A stretch of 63,252 nucleotides of DNA, counting the filler, from Stramenopiles sp. TOSAG23-2 (lineage: Eukaryota), in NCBI GenBank assembly GCA_900128395.1. It is 13 parts of 13 records of this genome, joined end to end, with 100 filler letters (N's around TTAATTAATTAA, not from the genome) between each part and the next. Parts side by side here need not be neighbours in the genome. Positions count along the whole stretch, not along the records: positions 1 to 5,831 come from LT650581.1; positions 5,932 to 11,762 come from LT650582.1; positions 11,863 to 17,691 come from LT650583.1; 10 more parts are not named here. One strand, given 5' to 3'. How positions within the stretch are numbered: position 1 is the stretch's first letter; every line of letters starts with the position of its first letter. Shown in pieces: positions 1-12,109 of this stretch. A program made the position numbers and the translations under genes. Under the pieces are notes generated by a model. It had not been told where the DNA came from. It was given only the letters and a program-made list of their open reading frames with translations, and searched no databases.

Positions 1-351
1 TTCCATATTGTTAAATAGTATGCAAATTAGTGGTGCAAGTCGAGTCGTTTAAAAATATTTAAATATGGCCCCCATAAAATAAAATATATACAAACATTAT
101 ATATATATATATAATATTTTTGACTTTTATATAAGTTTACGCATAATATAATATTCTAATATTAAAATAAAAAAAATATTTTAATATTCTTTTTTTATAA
201 AAATAAAAAAAAATTGATTATAAAAAGAATATTCTCTCTCATTTTTTAATATTTTAAAAAAACATGCGTGTGATCATTATACGAAGTACATGATAAATGA
301 TATTTTACGAATATGCGGGCATATTATCATAGAGCATATTAAAATCAACAT

Positions 352-1224
352 TTAATCAATCTTTGGTGCTTTTTTCTTCTTCTTTTTTTTTTTCTTTTTC
401 TTATTTGACATCTTCTCTTCTTCTTCTTCTTCTTCTTTTTTTACAAGTACAAAACCATCATCGTCATCACGCACTTCTTTTTTTTTAACTTGTACATCTG
501 TATCATCCTTCGCCTTATCTGCAGTACTTTCCTTTTCTTTTCCCTTCTTTTTTTTTGATTTCATTTTGCTTTTACTACTATCATCATCCAATTTCTCTTT
601 TTTCAACCCTTTTTTGTTGTCATCTTCTTCATCAGTACTTGTTCCTTTTTTGTCTTTTTTTTTCTTCTTCTCTTTCTTATCATTTTTTATATTTTTTTCA
701 TTATTATCGCTGTCACCAGCACTACTCTTTAACTGGAGCAATGCAATTGTAAAAACAATCCCAGCAACTGATGCTAATACTACTCTGCCTACTTTAGATT
801 CCAAAAATGATTCCTCTCGGATATTATCTGCTTCAGCCATCTCTTTTTCCCAACTTTCAAAATCATCAAGAGATTCACCACTACTGTGTTCCCCACCACC
901 ATATTCTTGAAAAGTATGAGCTTCATGTTCTTGTTCTTCAACCTGTCTTCGTTCGTGTCTCCTTTGTGGTGGAGCTGGAGCGGACGCTGCATCATCTCCA
1001 ACCTCCAACAATAGATATTGATATTCGTCCAATTCCCTCCAGTTCGATGGTTTTGGCATACCATCGAAGCTATAGTCATATTTATTTCCACTATCATCAC
1101 ATCCATTGGCATTATTTGCATGATTATTACCAGAACATGATTGTGCATATGAAAAATGTGTAAGGTGAATCAATAATAAAACAGTCAACAATAATTTGTT
1201 GAATATTAATAAAAAATTATTCAT
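352..1224 (-). CDS. Hypothetical type I membrane protein: signal peptide, acidic lumenal region, one TM helix, Lys/Glu-rich cytosolic tail
   Basis: 290-aa ATG ORF. Hydrophobic N-terminus (LLLTVLLLIHLTHFSYA), TM-like VVLASVAGIVFTIALLQL, poly-Lys tail ending KID. Confidence 0.7.
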   Translation of the reverse strand: MNNFLLIFNKLLLTVLLLIHLTHFSYAQSCSGNNHANNANGCDDSGNKYDYSFDGMPKPSNWRELDEYQYLLLEVGDDAASAPAPPQRRHERRQVEEQEHEAHTFQEYGGGEHSSGESLDDFESWEKEMAEADNIREESFLESKVGRVVLASVAGIVFTIALLQLKSSAGDSDNNEKNIKNDKKEKKKKKDKKGTSTDEEDDNKKGLKKEKLDDDSSKSKMKSKKKKGKEKESTADKAKDDTDVQVKKKEVRDDDDGFVLVKKEEEEEEEKMSNKKKKKKKKKKKAPKID

Positions 1225-1947
1225 CGTTATATATGCTTTTTTTTTTCTTCGATTTTCTTGTGTGTTTATATATCGTTAATGAAATTGTGTCGTGTCTTAA
1301 TAAAATGAAATAGATTTTTTGAGAGTATGGTATTGTATTTATATGACTGATGACGACATCATTCATCAATCAAAATCAGTCAAATCATCAAATACAGTAT
1401 ATGTTTTTAGTTCATCATTTTAGCAACTAGTAAAAATATAATAATAATTGACCGATTAGCATATAAATAACATTAAGTCCAAAAATCAAGTTTAAATTTA
1501 AGGTTTTGCATCGTGATTTGTCTTGAAAGAATTTACCTATTTAGCGTATAAATAGTACTTAATGTCCTAATCTGTATTACTCTTCCACTTTTCCTATTTG
1601 GATAGCACGTAGATAGCACGGAATACTATGATACGCGTATATTATTATTTTGCGATTCCACTACCAAATGGTCCCGTTTCCTACCATATTACATTAATTT
1701 ATACTTAAAAGGTAAATTAGAATACAATATCATAGCTCCATCCCTTTTTCCTTAATCCGTAAATCCGAGACTTCTATCAAAATGACTATGACATATTTAT
1801 ACTTAAATGGAATCCCCCATCAAAATTAATTATTATTATTAATTACTATGGGATATATATATATATATATATATCACTATCTATATCTTTATTTGTCTTG
1901 GAAAAGGAAATAGAAGACTAAAATATATATATATATAAAGGAAAAAG

Positions 1948-2504
1948 ATGGTAAGTAAGCGCTATATATATATTTCATCACTCTCTCTCTCTTTATACAT
2001 ATGTATATATATATTCACACTTTCAAACCAAGTAAAACTAACAAAAGAATATGTATATAGATACGATTTATTGTTCTTCAAAATCGTCAAGGAAAAACAC
2101 GTTTATCGAAATGGTATATACCATTTGATGAAGAAGAGAAGCGGAAAGTTGAAGCGGAGGTACATAGGCTTGTAGTAAACAGGGATGCGAAATTTACCAA
2201 CTTTGTTGAATATAATGTTGGAAAGCATACGTATAAATTAGTTTATCGGCGTTATGCAGGATTATTTTTCACACTATGTGTTGATTTAAATGATAACGAA
2301 TTAGGTTGTTTAGAAACAATTCATTTATTTGTGGAAATGTTAGATCTATATTTTGGTAATGTTTGTGAACTAGACCTTGTCTTTAATTTTCACAAAGTAT
2401 ATGCATTAGTTGATGAATTTTTTCTAGCTGGTGAGATACAAGAAACTAGTAAACGTGCCATGCATGCTAGATTAAAAGAATTGGAAAAATTGGAATCGGC
2501 ATAA
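1948..2504 (+). CDS. AP2S1: AP-2 adaptor complex small (sigma) subunit; exon 1 1948-1950 (ATG only), exon 2 2061-2504
   Basis: Manual splice: GTAAGT donor at 1951, ACTAAC branch about 2037-2042, TAG acceptor at 2060. Product [20 protein letters not shown]...[10 protein letters not shown]...YRRYAGLFF...[15 protein letters not shown]...[11 protein letters not shown] (148 aa) matches the sigma-2 adaptin signatures. Confidence 0.95.
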
Positions 2505-2642
2505 AAGAAGTCTGCGTACATGTAAAATGTGTTTCTTTAAAAAAATATATTTGCTCTCGTATGATACACACATTTATATTTTAAATTTTACTCTCCATGG
2601 TCAATATCTTTTCCCTTTTATTATTATATATATGGGATACAA

Positions 2643-3389
2643 TTACTCATCTGCTTTTGTTGCCTTCTCCGTTTCAACAGTTTTTAACAATTTTTGTGTT
2701 TCTTTTTTTGTTAAAGATTGATGAATGGTACGATTTTCAACACGTTGTAATACAGAAAATTCCATTTTATCCTCTGTAAAACTTTGCGTATCCATTGCTT
2801 TTGCTAAAACACTTACACATAATTTTAATGCATCTTGTAAAGAAATATCTTCTTTATATTCTTTTTTCAACATATCACGTGCCATTTGATTATTGTTACC
2901 AATTGCAATTGCTTTCCATCCAACATAATTGCCACTTGGATCTGCATGGTATAATTGATATTTGTGATTTTTGTCGTACCCACCAATTAAGAACGATACA
3001 CCAAATGGTCGTTGTCCACCATACATCGTGTATGTATGAGCAATATCAGCTAAAGATAATACCAACGTTTCAACTGGAATTGGTTGTTGATAACTATATC
3101 GATGTTGTTGTGCACGTACCCTTGCATGTTGGATCAAAATGTTTGCATCAGATGCTAAACCAGCTACTGCAACAGCAATATGCTCATCGATCTTGTACAT
3201 TTTCTCGCTACCTTTTGGCGGTGCTAGTAACTTTGAAACTGCTTTTTTCTCCGCACCAAAAACAACACCTTCCTTAGTTAATATACCAACACAAACACCA
3301 GCTTGGTCAATTGCTTTCATAGCATATTCCACTTGATGCAAACGCCCTTCTGGGGAAAATGTAGTGGTACGTGAGTCATAACGTGACAT
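2643..3389 (-). CDS. PSMA4: 20S proteasome subunit alpha type-4 (alpha3/Pre9)
   Basis: MSRYDSRTTTFSPEGRLHQVEYA alpha-subunit signature, AVAGLASDANILI, RPFGVSFL, DPSGNYVGWKA. Confidence 0.95.
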   Translation of the reverse strand: MSRYDSRTTTFSPEGRLHQVEYAMKAIDQAGVCVGILTKEGVVFGAEKKAVSKLLAPPKGSEKMYKIDEHIAVAVAGLASDANILIQHARVRAQQHRYSYQQPIPVETLVLSLADIAHTYTMYGGQRPFGVSFLIGGYDKNHKYQLYHADPSGNYVGWKAIAIGNNNQMARDMLKKEYKEDISLQDALKLCVSVLAKAMDTQSFTEDKMEFSVLQRVENRTIHQSLTKKETQKLLKTVETEKATKADE

Positions 3390-3857
3390 GATTCAAATTG
3401 ACGATCCAAAAACAAAAATGTCGATGATGTATTTATATGTATTATATATATATAATCTATTATTATGAGAGAGACAGAATATGTATTTACACCTTGTCTT
3501 TTTTGTTATTGTGAATAATCTGATTTACTAATGTAATGTTACTGATGTACATAAACATGTAGTACTTCTTTTTTTTACTCATTCATTCAAATTTTTTTTG
3601 ATTTCAATATTTTTTTTTTGTTTTTTTTTTTTTTTATTTTGTTTTTACGCGATTTTACGATGATGATATCATGTGACAATACTGTAAATTATACTTGAAT
3701 TGGAAATTATTGTAATTTGTACTTATTAGTATACTAAAATTTTATTTGGCAACTGGATCCTCTCTCAGATAAAAAACCGGGTCACCGGGTCGTGGGTCGT
3801 ATAAATATATATATATATATACATGTTATATTTTTTGCTTTGCTTCTAGTCGTCTTT

Positions 3858-4637
3858 CTATGCATCTTTATCAAAACAACATAAATCACATTCACATATT
3901 GGATTTAATTGCAAGGTCATACGTTTTTGATTATCAACTTCAATACCTTCTGATATTAAACGACATCTTTTTTCTTCACGCCATTTTCGTGTCTCCTTTT
4001 CCCAATGTTCCACTTGTTTGTCATATGTATCTTGTCTCAATTCATAATCATCGAAATATTTTTGTTTTCCTGCATCATCTAATACTTTCCACATTCCACC
4101 CACTTTTTTGCCGTCCTTTTTATTGTTCCATTTTCCATTCTTTTTAGCCAAAATTGATTTTTGTTCATTGAAGAAAAGACTATATGCACTACGAGCTGGT
4201 TTTTTCGCTGGTACCATCATTCCTTTATGTTCCTCAAACCAATAAAGCATGTATTGAGATGCATAATTTCGATTTTGTATATTGACTTGCGCACGGTATG
4301 TCTTCATAGCTACCTCGGGCCATATAAAATAATCAGCTGCACAATACACTTCTGGTCCACCGAAACCATGTCGTTCTGCTATTGTTAATACTTTTTTATT
4401 CTGCTTTTCTTTGTCTTTTGGTGCTCTTGGTGGTACACCTGGTATTAAAGCTGGATATAATAAAGGGCCATTACGTGTAGTTGAAGATGTTGAATCAGAA
4501 TTCATTTTTTGTTTTTTCAAAGAAGGACTTCCATTATTATCTTGTTGATTATTATTATTGTCATCACTAATTATTGTTGCTGATACTGGTCTTTTTTTTG
4601 TATCCGTGTTATTGTTGTTATCGATGATATCCGCCAT
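3858..4637 (-). CDS. HMG-box domain protein
   Basis: PAKKPARSAYSLFFNEQ...KKVGGMWKVLDDAGKQKY...Y fits the HMG-box consensus. First ATG at 4637 (MADIID). NLS-like PSLKKQK. Confidence 0.8.
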   Translation of the reverse strand: MADIIDNNNNTDTKKRPVSATIISDDNNNNQQDNNGSPSLKKQKMNSDSTSSTTRNGPLLYPALIPGVPPRAPKDKEKQNKKVLTIAERHGFGGPEVYCAADYFIWPEVAMKTYRAQVNIQNRNYASQYMLYWFEEHKGMMVPAKKPARSAYSLFFNEQKSILAKKNGKWNNKKDGKKVGGMWKVLDDAGKQKYFDDYELRQDTYDKQVEHWEKETRKWREEKRCRLISEGIEVDNQKRMTLQLNPICECDLCCFDKDA

Positions 4638-5295
4638 GTCTTCTATCAATTCTAAATAAATTAATTAATTTGTTTTGTTAAATAAGATTATACACAAGTA
4701 TACCATATATAATTCACTTTCACAATTTGTAGTAAATGTATTTCTAGTATTTATTTATAGTATGTATTTTTTATTTAAGCACTTAACATTTTTGTATATA
4801 TATATATTTATAAGTTCATTTAGTGGATTTTTTCAAATCCAAGTATAATCGAACTGTATAGTTAAAACATTTTTGATAGGGGGAGGGCAAAATACAATAT
4901 TTATTAAGACACCCCTTCTTACCAACAAATATAAATTAAAATGGTTTACTTGCCTGGAAAACAAAATTTAGAATTTTAAAAACAATCAAAAGAGATGTTA
5001 AAAACGCACGCAAAAATATAATAGAAAAATACGCGTTATACTATATATGTATTACGCTTGGTATTACATAATATTATAATATGATGTATGTATTCATTTC
5101 TTGAATTTTCATTTCTTATCAAATACTGCACATATATAATATAATTTGATTTTTTTTTTTCAAACAGAAATCTTATATAACTCTTTCGCCCCGAAATTTT
5201 CATCAAATCAAAATGGAAATAGATACGAATATTTTTGTCACTTTTTCCTTTTTTGATAATGTTAAGGCGTATGACGATGATCATCATTTGTTTCA

Positions 5296-5831
5296 TTATT
5301 TACCACCCATACGTACGTTGGAAATGGATACATTCTTTTTGTTATTAAAATTACTATTATTATTATTATTATTTAATAATAACAAAGCACCTTGTTGTTT
5401 ATTATTATTGTGACCTAAAAATAAAAATGAAAATAACATGATCAATACAAAAATTGATAAAAATGTTTCAACATAAAAGACCCATTGCAAAGTTTTATTG
5501 TTATTATTGGAATTTCCATTATCAACATCATCGATTGCTTCAGTTTCAAAATTATTAGAATATCTGACATGATCATTAGTAGTTAACAAAAATTCATTTT
5601 CTTGATTATTGCTATAAACATCATCATATTGAATTGTTTTCTCTTTTAAAATCCCATTTTGAAATTTCTGTTCAGAATTCTCCAAATTATCATTCTTATT
5701 TTCATCATCAGCATCTTTAAAATATGAATATAACATAAAACCAATAAATGTTATGAAAACACCAATTACATTTGTTATTGTCAATTCATCGTGAAAGATA
5801 TAATAACTTAATATTATGATAAAAATGAATT
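5296..5831 (-). CDS. C-terminal fragment of a triose-phosphate/nucleotide-sugar transporter-like (SLC35/DMT) protein, 5' end cut by contig edge
   Basis: Frame open to the contig edge. FIFIIILSYIFHDELTITNVIGVFITFIGFMLYSYFK resembles the last two TM helices of TPT/SLC35 proteins, followed by an extension with one more hydrophobic segment. Confidence 0.55.
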
Positions 5832-5931
5832 NNNNNNNNNNNNNNNNNNNNNNNNNNNNNNNNNNNNNNNNNNNNTTAATTAATTAANNNNNNNNNNNNN
5901 NNNNNNNNNNNNNNNNNNNNNNNNNNNNNNN
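5832..5931. other. Artificial contig spacer N44-TTAATTAATTAA-N44 (first of 12)
   Basis: Identical 100-bp spacers at 5832-5931, 11763-11862, 17692-17791, 23618-23717, 29542-29641, 35463-35562, 41381-41480, 47297-47396, 53211-53310, 59098-59197, 60483-60582 and 61868-61967. The core has stops in all six frames, and contig lengths fall monotonically. Confidence 0.98.
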
Positions 5932-7516
5932 TGTCAAAGCATCTTCATTGTTATTAACGGATTATGAGGAAGAAGCGTTTTATGACGTTGCATTATTAAA
6001 ATGTGAAAATTGTACATATACTAGAGTTGCTGGATGTTATTGCTTAGATGATAATAGTAGTGTAAATAATTTGAAAAATATACATAATAACTTTAAGATT
6101 CATGAACAAAAACAAAATCCCTCATTGATGGAATCCAAAAGACAGGTGGAACAAGGGCATAAACATGGCAATAACAAAAATGGTATTTTGACACCAATCA
6201 CAATGACGAAGACACCAAAATTTATACCACATCCGATGTTTCATGCAAAAAATGATAACTATAAAAGTGAATTATCTTTGTGCACCATACCTGTATTAAA
6301 TAATTTGAATCAAGCAAATAAAATGCATTTACAATGTCGATCTGGACAATGCAATACTATTCAAATGAAAAATACAGGATGTCCAGCATGTTTATCACCA
6401 AGTGAAAATATTAAAATTATGAAAGTTGCATTGCAAAAAAGTGAAATAAAATATGCATTAGATGGTTTTCACAAAGATTTTGGAGGTGAAATATTACATA
6501 CTGTCTTGCATTGTTCACATTGTTCAGCACTTGGTTTTCCTGGAGTTGCTGATAAGTTAACAACAATCCATGTTGAACATGATGGCAGTTATGAAATTAA
6601 ACATTCATTTTGGTGTTCAAAAACGAATAAACCTATGTCTAAAACGAGTTGGAATGGTGCATTTGGCCATAAACAATCGTGTCCTATGAAAAATAAAACA
6701 CCAAATTTAATTGAAACACGTTTGCGATTAGATGATTTAAAAATCATTTTCAACAGTTTTAATTATTCAATATCAAACAATTACATAGAAGAAAAATTGA
6801 AAGAAAATAAATCATATCGTGCAAATCAAAGGCAAGTATGGATGAAAATGGTTAAAAATTTAACAAATGGAAAAAACAATGATGAGATTTTAGAAATATT
6901 GAATAAAATGACTTATTTCATTTTGGCAAATAAGTTTCAATTATATAGTAGCTATATCTATGATATACCTATATTGAATTTAAAACAACAAATTGTGGAA
7001 AAATTAAAGTTGAAACATCGAGAATTGAGTCAACAAAATATGTGGAATGAAAAGGTGCGTAAGAAATGCGGCATATTATTACGTATTATACGAGCTTTTG
7101 TAAATAGTAGCAATTTTAAATTGTGCAATCCATTGCCATCATCACTACCACTAATATCATTGAAAAGCTCAATATTGCATATAAATAAACAGATTGATGA
7201 TTCAACAAAGACATTAAATGATCATCCTAGTGAAGAAAAAGGTGAAATTTCAAAGAAGAAAAAGACGACAACGACATCCAATGATACGAATAATAAAGTA
7301 TGGATGGTGTATTCAGAAAGTAACAATAATAATAATGATAAAAATAATACGATGAAGAATACTCAAGAAGAAGAACATAAAACAATGTCAAATATTGAAA
7401 TTGTACAACAAGATTTAATACGTGCTCGCACAGTTGAAGCAGCATTAAATGCAGCTAAGGAAATTAGTGAAATGGCAATATCCAAAGCAAGTGAAGAAAT
7501 GAGTGCTGGTCACTAA
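5932..7516 (+). CDS. Hypothetical Cys/His-rich protein, 5' end cut by contig edge
   Basis: Open frame of over 520 codons from the contig edge. Clustered CENC, CRSGQC, CPAC and HCSHC motifs, then a helical C-terminal half. No family recognised. Confidence 0.65.
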
Positions 7517-7645
7517 AATTTAAAGACAGGACACACTTTTATTAAAAATATGACCGTGTAAAAAAAGAGAAGCCCCAATAAAATATAAAAAACTAGCGAA
7601 TTGTTGTACATAGCAGATATTCTACACTTTGTATATATATATATA

Positions 7646-8038
7646 TGTGTTTTTCTCTTACTCATATGTTATATAGAATTCTTTTACTCCCGTTTATTAA
7701 CATCTCAAATCAAAAATGATTTATAAATTTTAGTAAAAATTATTTAGTATTCAAAAGATGTTTCCGCTGTCTGTGATTCAGAGCTAAATGAAAGAGGTCC
7801 AAAGTTTATATATATATTATATAATTTAATTATATAATATAAAAATTTTCTCTTACTCATGTATTATATATGTGTTTTTCTCTTACTCATATGTTATATA
7901 AAATTCTTTTACTCCCGTTTATTAACATCTCAAATCAAAAATGATTTATAAATTCTTTTACTCCCGTTTATTAACATCTCAAATCAAAAATGATTTATAA
8001 ATTTTATGATAGTAAAAATTATTTAGTATTCAAAAGAT
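7646..8038. repeat. Imperfect direct repeats (about 115-bp unit, with an internal 49-bp duplication in the second copy)
   Basis: TGTGTTTTTCTCTTACTCATATGTTATATA...TATTCAAAAGAT at about 7646-7759 and 7871-8038. AATTCTTTTACTCCCGTTTATTAACATCTCAAATCAAAAATGATTTATA occurs three times. Confidence 0.85.
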
Positions 8039-8128
8039 ATATATTATACGAAGTATTTTATATACGTTTTCTCGTGTGTAATATTTTTATTTTTTACGAG
8101 GTATTTTAAAAAAATAACAGGAAAGTCT

Positions 8129-9161
8129 TTATTTCTCTTCCGCTGCTGCTAATACTTCCATCTTCCTTTTCCTCCTCTTTTCTTCTACTTGTTCTATTCG
8201 TCTTTTTTCTTTCTCGAGTTTAAGTTGTTCGATTTTCTCCTTGTATTCTTTCTCAACAATTTCTAAACTACTTCCCGTATCTTGCATTCTATCAATGATT
8301 TGATACCAAAGTTTTTTTTGATAACCTTTCGCACCTTGTTTTACAAGCATTCGTAAGACATGATAATGACCATTTGCACCGGCCATTGAAAATGCACATC
8401 TTTTCTTTTGATCATACCATCGTACATCAACTAATTGATGCTGTGCTAATACTTTTGCAGCTATTTACACCTCTATCTAATAACATAGTGCATATTTCCG
8501 TGTGGTTTCCTATACTAGCAGCTTGTAGCGGTGTACGTCCATCTGCATCAACTGCTTCTATGGCTACGTTGCATTCAGTTAATAAATATTCCATCGTTTC
8601 TAGATGCCCTCCTAAACATGCCAAAATTAGGGGCGTAGCTTTGTTACAACCTTCAGCATTTGGATCTGCACCATATTTCAATAACAATTTTACTGCTTCT
8701 AAATTCCCATGTTGGGCGCACAATCCTAATGGTGATGATCCATCATATGATTGTTGCGAATGTGAGAATGGATTTAATTCTAAATATGCTTTCATCGCTA
8801 CAAGATTGAAATTAGCTGCGCAATAATGCAAAGGTGTTGTTCCATCACGATCTCTTTCAGGAAAACCTTCACTTAAATATTTAAACATTTCTTTTACATT
8901 TTCATTTGTATTTGATGCAGCAACAATCATAGCTCCTTTCCCTTCATAGATTGGATACTTCATATCATCTTTAATTAATAAATGTTCAACTTGATATACA
9001 TTACCTTCCGATATATTTATAATTAATTTTTTTTTTCGATCCGATAATAAATGCCAATTAGCTCTACATGGATCGTTATCCGGCATTTTCGATGGCGTAG
9101 AAGAAGGACGACGTTGTTCTTTTTGTTGTTGATGTGGTTTTCGTCGTTTTGAATGATACAT
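8129..9161 (-). CDS. Ankyrin-repeat protein, frame-disrupted at about 8462 (possible pseudogene or assembly error)
   Basis: Repeats TPLHYCA, SPLGLCA, TPLILAC, TPLQAAS. After LDRGVN the ankyrin-like text continues in the +1 frame (AAKVLAQHQLVDVRWYDQKKRCAFSMAGANGHYHVLRMLVKQGA) to the stop at 8129. Confidence 0.8.
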
Positions 9162-9200
9162 TTTTTTTTACCCCTTTTTATTTTATATATATATATAAAA

Positions 9201-9327
9201 AAAATAAAAAATAAAGTCTAGTATATATTAAGTAATCTATATTGGTTGTATTGTTTGACATATAAAAAATAATAAAAAATAAAGTCTAGTATATACTAAG
9301 TATCTATATTGGTTGTATTGTTTGACA
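9201..9327. repeat. Tandem direct repeat, about 67 bp x2
   Basis: AATAAAAAATAAAGTCTAGTATATA(T/C)TAAGT(A)ATCTATATTGGTTGTATTGTTTGACA occurs twice, upstream of the ankyrin gene. Confidence 0.85.
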
Positions 9328-9766
9328 AACTATACTAATGTCATTTAGATGTGCACATGCGTGTGATAAAAATATTTTTGGATATATATATATATATAAA
9401 AATAATAATATTGAACGGAAAAATAATATTGAAAAAATATAAGAACTATCATTTTAATTTGCAGATACCACTATACTATTAGTACAGTATCTAGACTAGC
9501 TCCTATTTAAAAATACTTGGAATCTCCCTGCCTTTTTGCATTTTGCATTTCTTTTCTTCTGCAAAGAAAGCTGTAATTTTATATTATAGTATATTTATAT
9601 ATAGAACGAATACATATTATTAATGCTGATGTGTTACGTGTACCAGTGTATCTTTTGTTTTATAAAAGATTTAATGGATTAATACGTATATTGGTTTGTT
9701 CCTCCATATATTTAAACCATTTGTTTCGTACATTGCAAATTGTTGTACTTTCACATCCTATTGAAC

Positions 9767-11327
9767 CTAAATAAACAATTGATCTGGTGCATGTGGCATA
9801 TGTTCTAATCGTTTAGGATAAAACCGATGATCTGTTGGATAATTTTGTAAATTAATTAAATTGCTTGTATATAAATCTGATAATCTCCTAACGTTCCAAC
9901 CAAAGGAAGATGACTGGCCACGGGAACTGAAAACGCTTCCAAAATTTTTATTGAACAATCTACTTTTTTCTTTAAAATTTGAATTCCGTGTTAATTCTAA
10001 TAAATCATAATCATCAACGTTAGATGCCATATTCGCAATATCTTTTTCAATTAAAATTCCTTCATCTGCTAATATTTTATATTCGTTACTATTTAATACT
10101 TCTATTTCATGGTGTAATTCTCGGACAATAGCACCTGTTTGCCATCCACTTTGTCTTGATGGCTCTGCCAAATCTGCAAAAACATGATCTCCCCAATCTG
10201 TCATTTATATAATATACGGTCGTATTTATTGTATTGTTAGTTTTTTTTTATTATTATTAATTATTATTGTTACACATGTTAGGAGATTAATTCTCTCTCT
10301 ATATATATATATATGCTATATATACTTACACATAATATTTTTACCTTGCCATCCAGTTAATCTCATCATCTCCACGGCACTACCACCAACTAATGCACGT
10401 CCTTTTGATATTTCCTCATTTGAAACAACACCCCATTTCACAAAGTCATTTCCAGCATCCAATGAACGAAATTTCTTTTTTGACTTGAAAAAAACTAGGC
10501 TTTGCAGCTTCAAACATGTTAACATCAAATAAATTTAACCAATCAGCACCACATAAATATGTCATTCCAGCATTTACAAAATCATATGGAGAGTTAGTCA
10601 ATAAAAACAATTTTTTACCGGCATTGTGCTCACGCTCTAAAAATCCTCGTAAATGTGGAGATGGGTGTACATATTTATCAACATTTTCTATAATAGTTTT
10701 ATGAATACCACCTTCCCCATGTGCAAATTCAATAGCTTTGCTAACATCTGCATGCAACCAATATGGGTCATATGGAAATTTTAAATCTTCGGCAAGTTGG
10801 ATAACGTCAGAAATTAGGCAACCATACGATAGCGAAAACATGTCTGGCAAAGGACGACAATAACGTTTTATAAAACCTTGGGACATATGAAGTGATTGAT
10901 CATATGTATTCAGTACATCATGATGTCGTAACCTTCGTCTACCTTTATGTACAGAACCAGGTGTTATCATTTGTCTGGAGCTTAACTTCAATAAATTACC
11001 ATTTTTCAAATCAAAAACTAATCCCCTTATGCAGAAAGTCGAGTCAAACGTAGCCTTTTCTAATTCCTCTGGGTAACTCAATTCATTGCACAGATAAAAT
11101 TTTGCAGTATCATATACAAGTTGTTGTAATTGGTGAGTATATGAAACGAGTGTAAAATCATAATCAAATCCTAAAACTTCAACATCACCTAAATTAACCT
11201 CAGCATTACTAAATACTCTTGATGTTTTATTTACATGTAAATGACGACTATGCTGATATAATAATGATGAACATGAAGTACGTAATGCCCTTTTTGAAAG
11301 ACAATGATTCTTTCTAATGAGAAACAT
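9767..11327 (-). CDS. HAD-superfamily 5'-nucleotidase (cN-II/NT5DC family) with probable mitochondrial presequence; intron 10198-10329; +1 frameshift in a T7 run (A7 on + at 10488-10494)
   Basis: Motifs GFDYDFTLVSY, LFLLTNS and AAKPSFF. Splicing (GTAAGT donor, CTAAC branch, CAG acceptor) gives NIM-Y-WGDHVFADL...GWQTGAIV. Removing one T joins the 297-aa and 70-aa ORFs (KPSFFKSKKKFRSLD). The N-terminus is Arg/Ser/Leu-rich. Confidence 0.88.
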
Positions 11328-11613
11328 CTTTATGTGCAAAATGCTATTTCTTTTTTAATGTTTTTACGATGACTTCTTCTATTATTGTTCTTTATTTCTT
11401 ATGTAGCAATGTACGTTGTTTGTCATCATCATGTGTTAAGTGCTTAATTAATAATTATTATTATTACTTTTTTAATACTTTTTATTAATATCTCAAAATG
11501 CAAATAATTATTTTTATATAATACTACAAATAAATAAGATTCAACGGGCGGGGACAAAAAAAAATATTGTTCATATTATGAACAAAATACACTAATGTTA
11601 TTATTAATATAAA

Positions 11614-11762
11614 ATGGCAGAAACAGCAACGACTACAACTATTACAAACAATGATGATACAAATAATAATACAAACCTTGTAAATAAAACTCCTACACAC
11701 ACAATCATTGAATCAAATAATGTGAATAATGAAGAAGATAACATTAATAATAATAACGTAAA
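11614..11762 (+). CDS. 5' fragment of an Asn/Thr-rich hypothetical protein, cut by contig edge
   Basis: AAAATGGCA start context and an open low-complexity frame running to the spacer. Confidence 0.45.
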
Positions 11763-12109
11763 NNNNNNNNNNNNNNNNNNNNNNNNNNNNNNNNNNNNNN
11801 NNNNNNTTAATTAATTAANNNNNNNNNNNNNNNNNNNNNNNNNNNNNNNNNNNNNNNNNNNNCTTCCTAATGCTATTCTCTTACTATGCGTCTCCTACGC
11901 TATTTATATGTATAATAAGATCGTATTAAATTTATATTATCCCCATTTGTGTAGTAGAGGGTAAAAGTAAATCATATATACATAATAATAATAATAATAG
12001 AGACGACAACTATCATAATAATATAGTTCAGTGCGCATATACTGTTACAATATATATATCTACATATTCATCTAAATATACGCATATATATCAACACGTA
12101 CGTAATACA

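Noticed and set aside
555-1163. Overlapping short ORFs antisense to real genes (here and throughout, such as poly-Leu/poly-Ser ORFs at 21266, 23996 and 27632)
   Set aside because: Shadow frames of Asn-, Glu- and Lys-rich coding sequence with no independent protein features.
8461-8470. 10-nt GT...AG micro-intron that would repair the ankyrin frame
   Set aside because: Shorter than any known spliceosomal intron, unlike the 110-180-nt introns here, and the repaired protein would still lack half a repeat.
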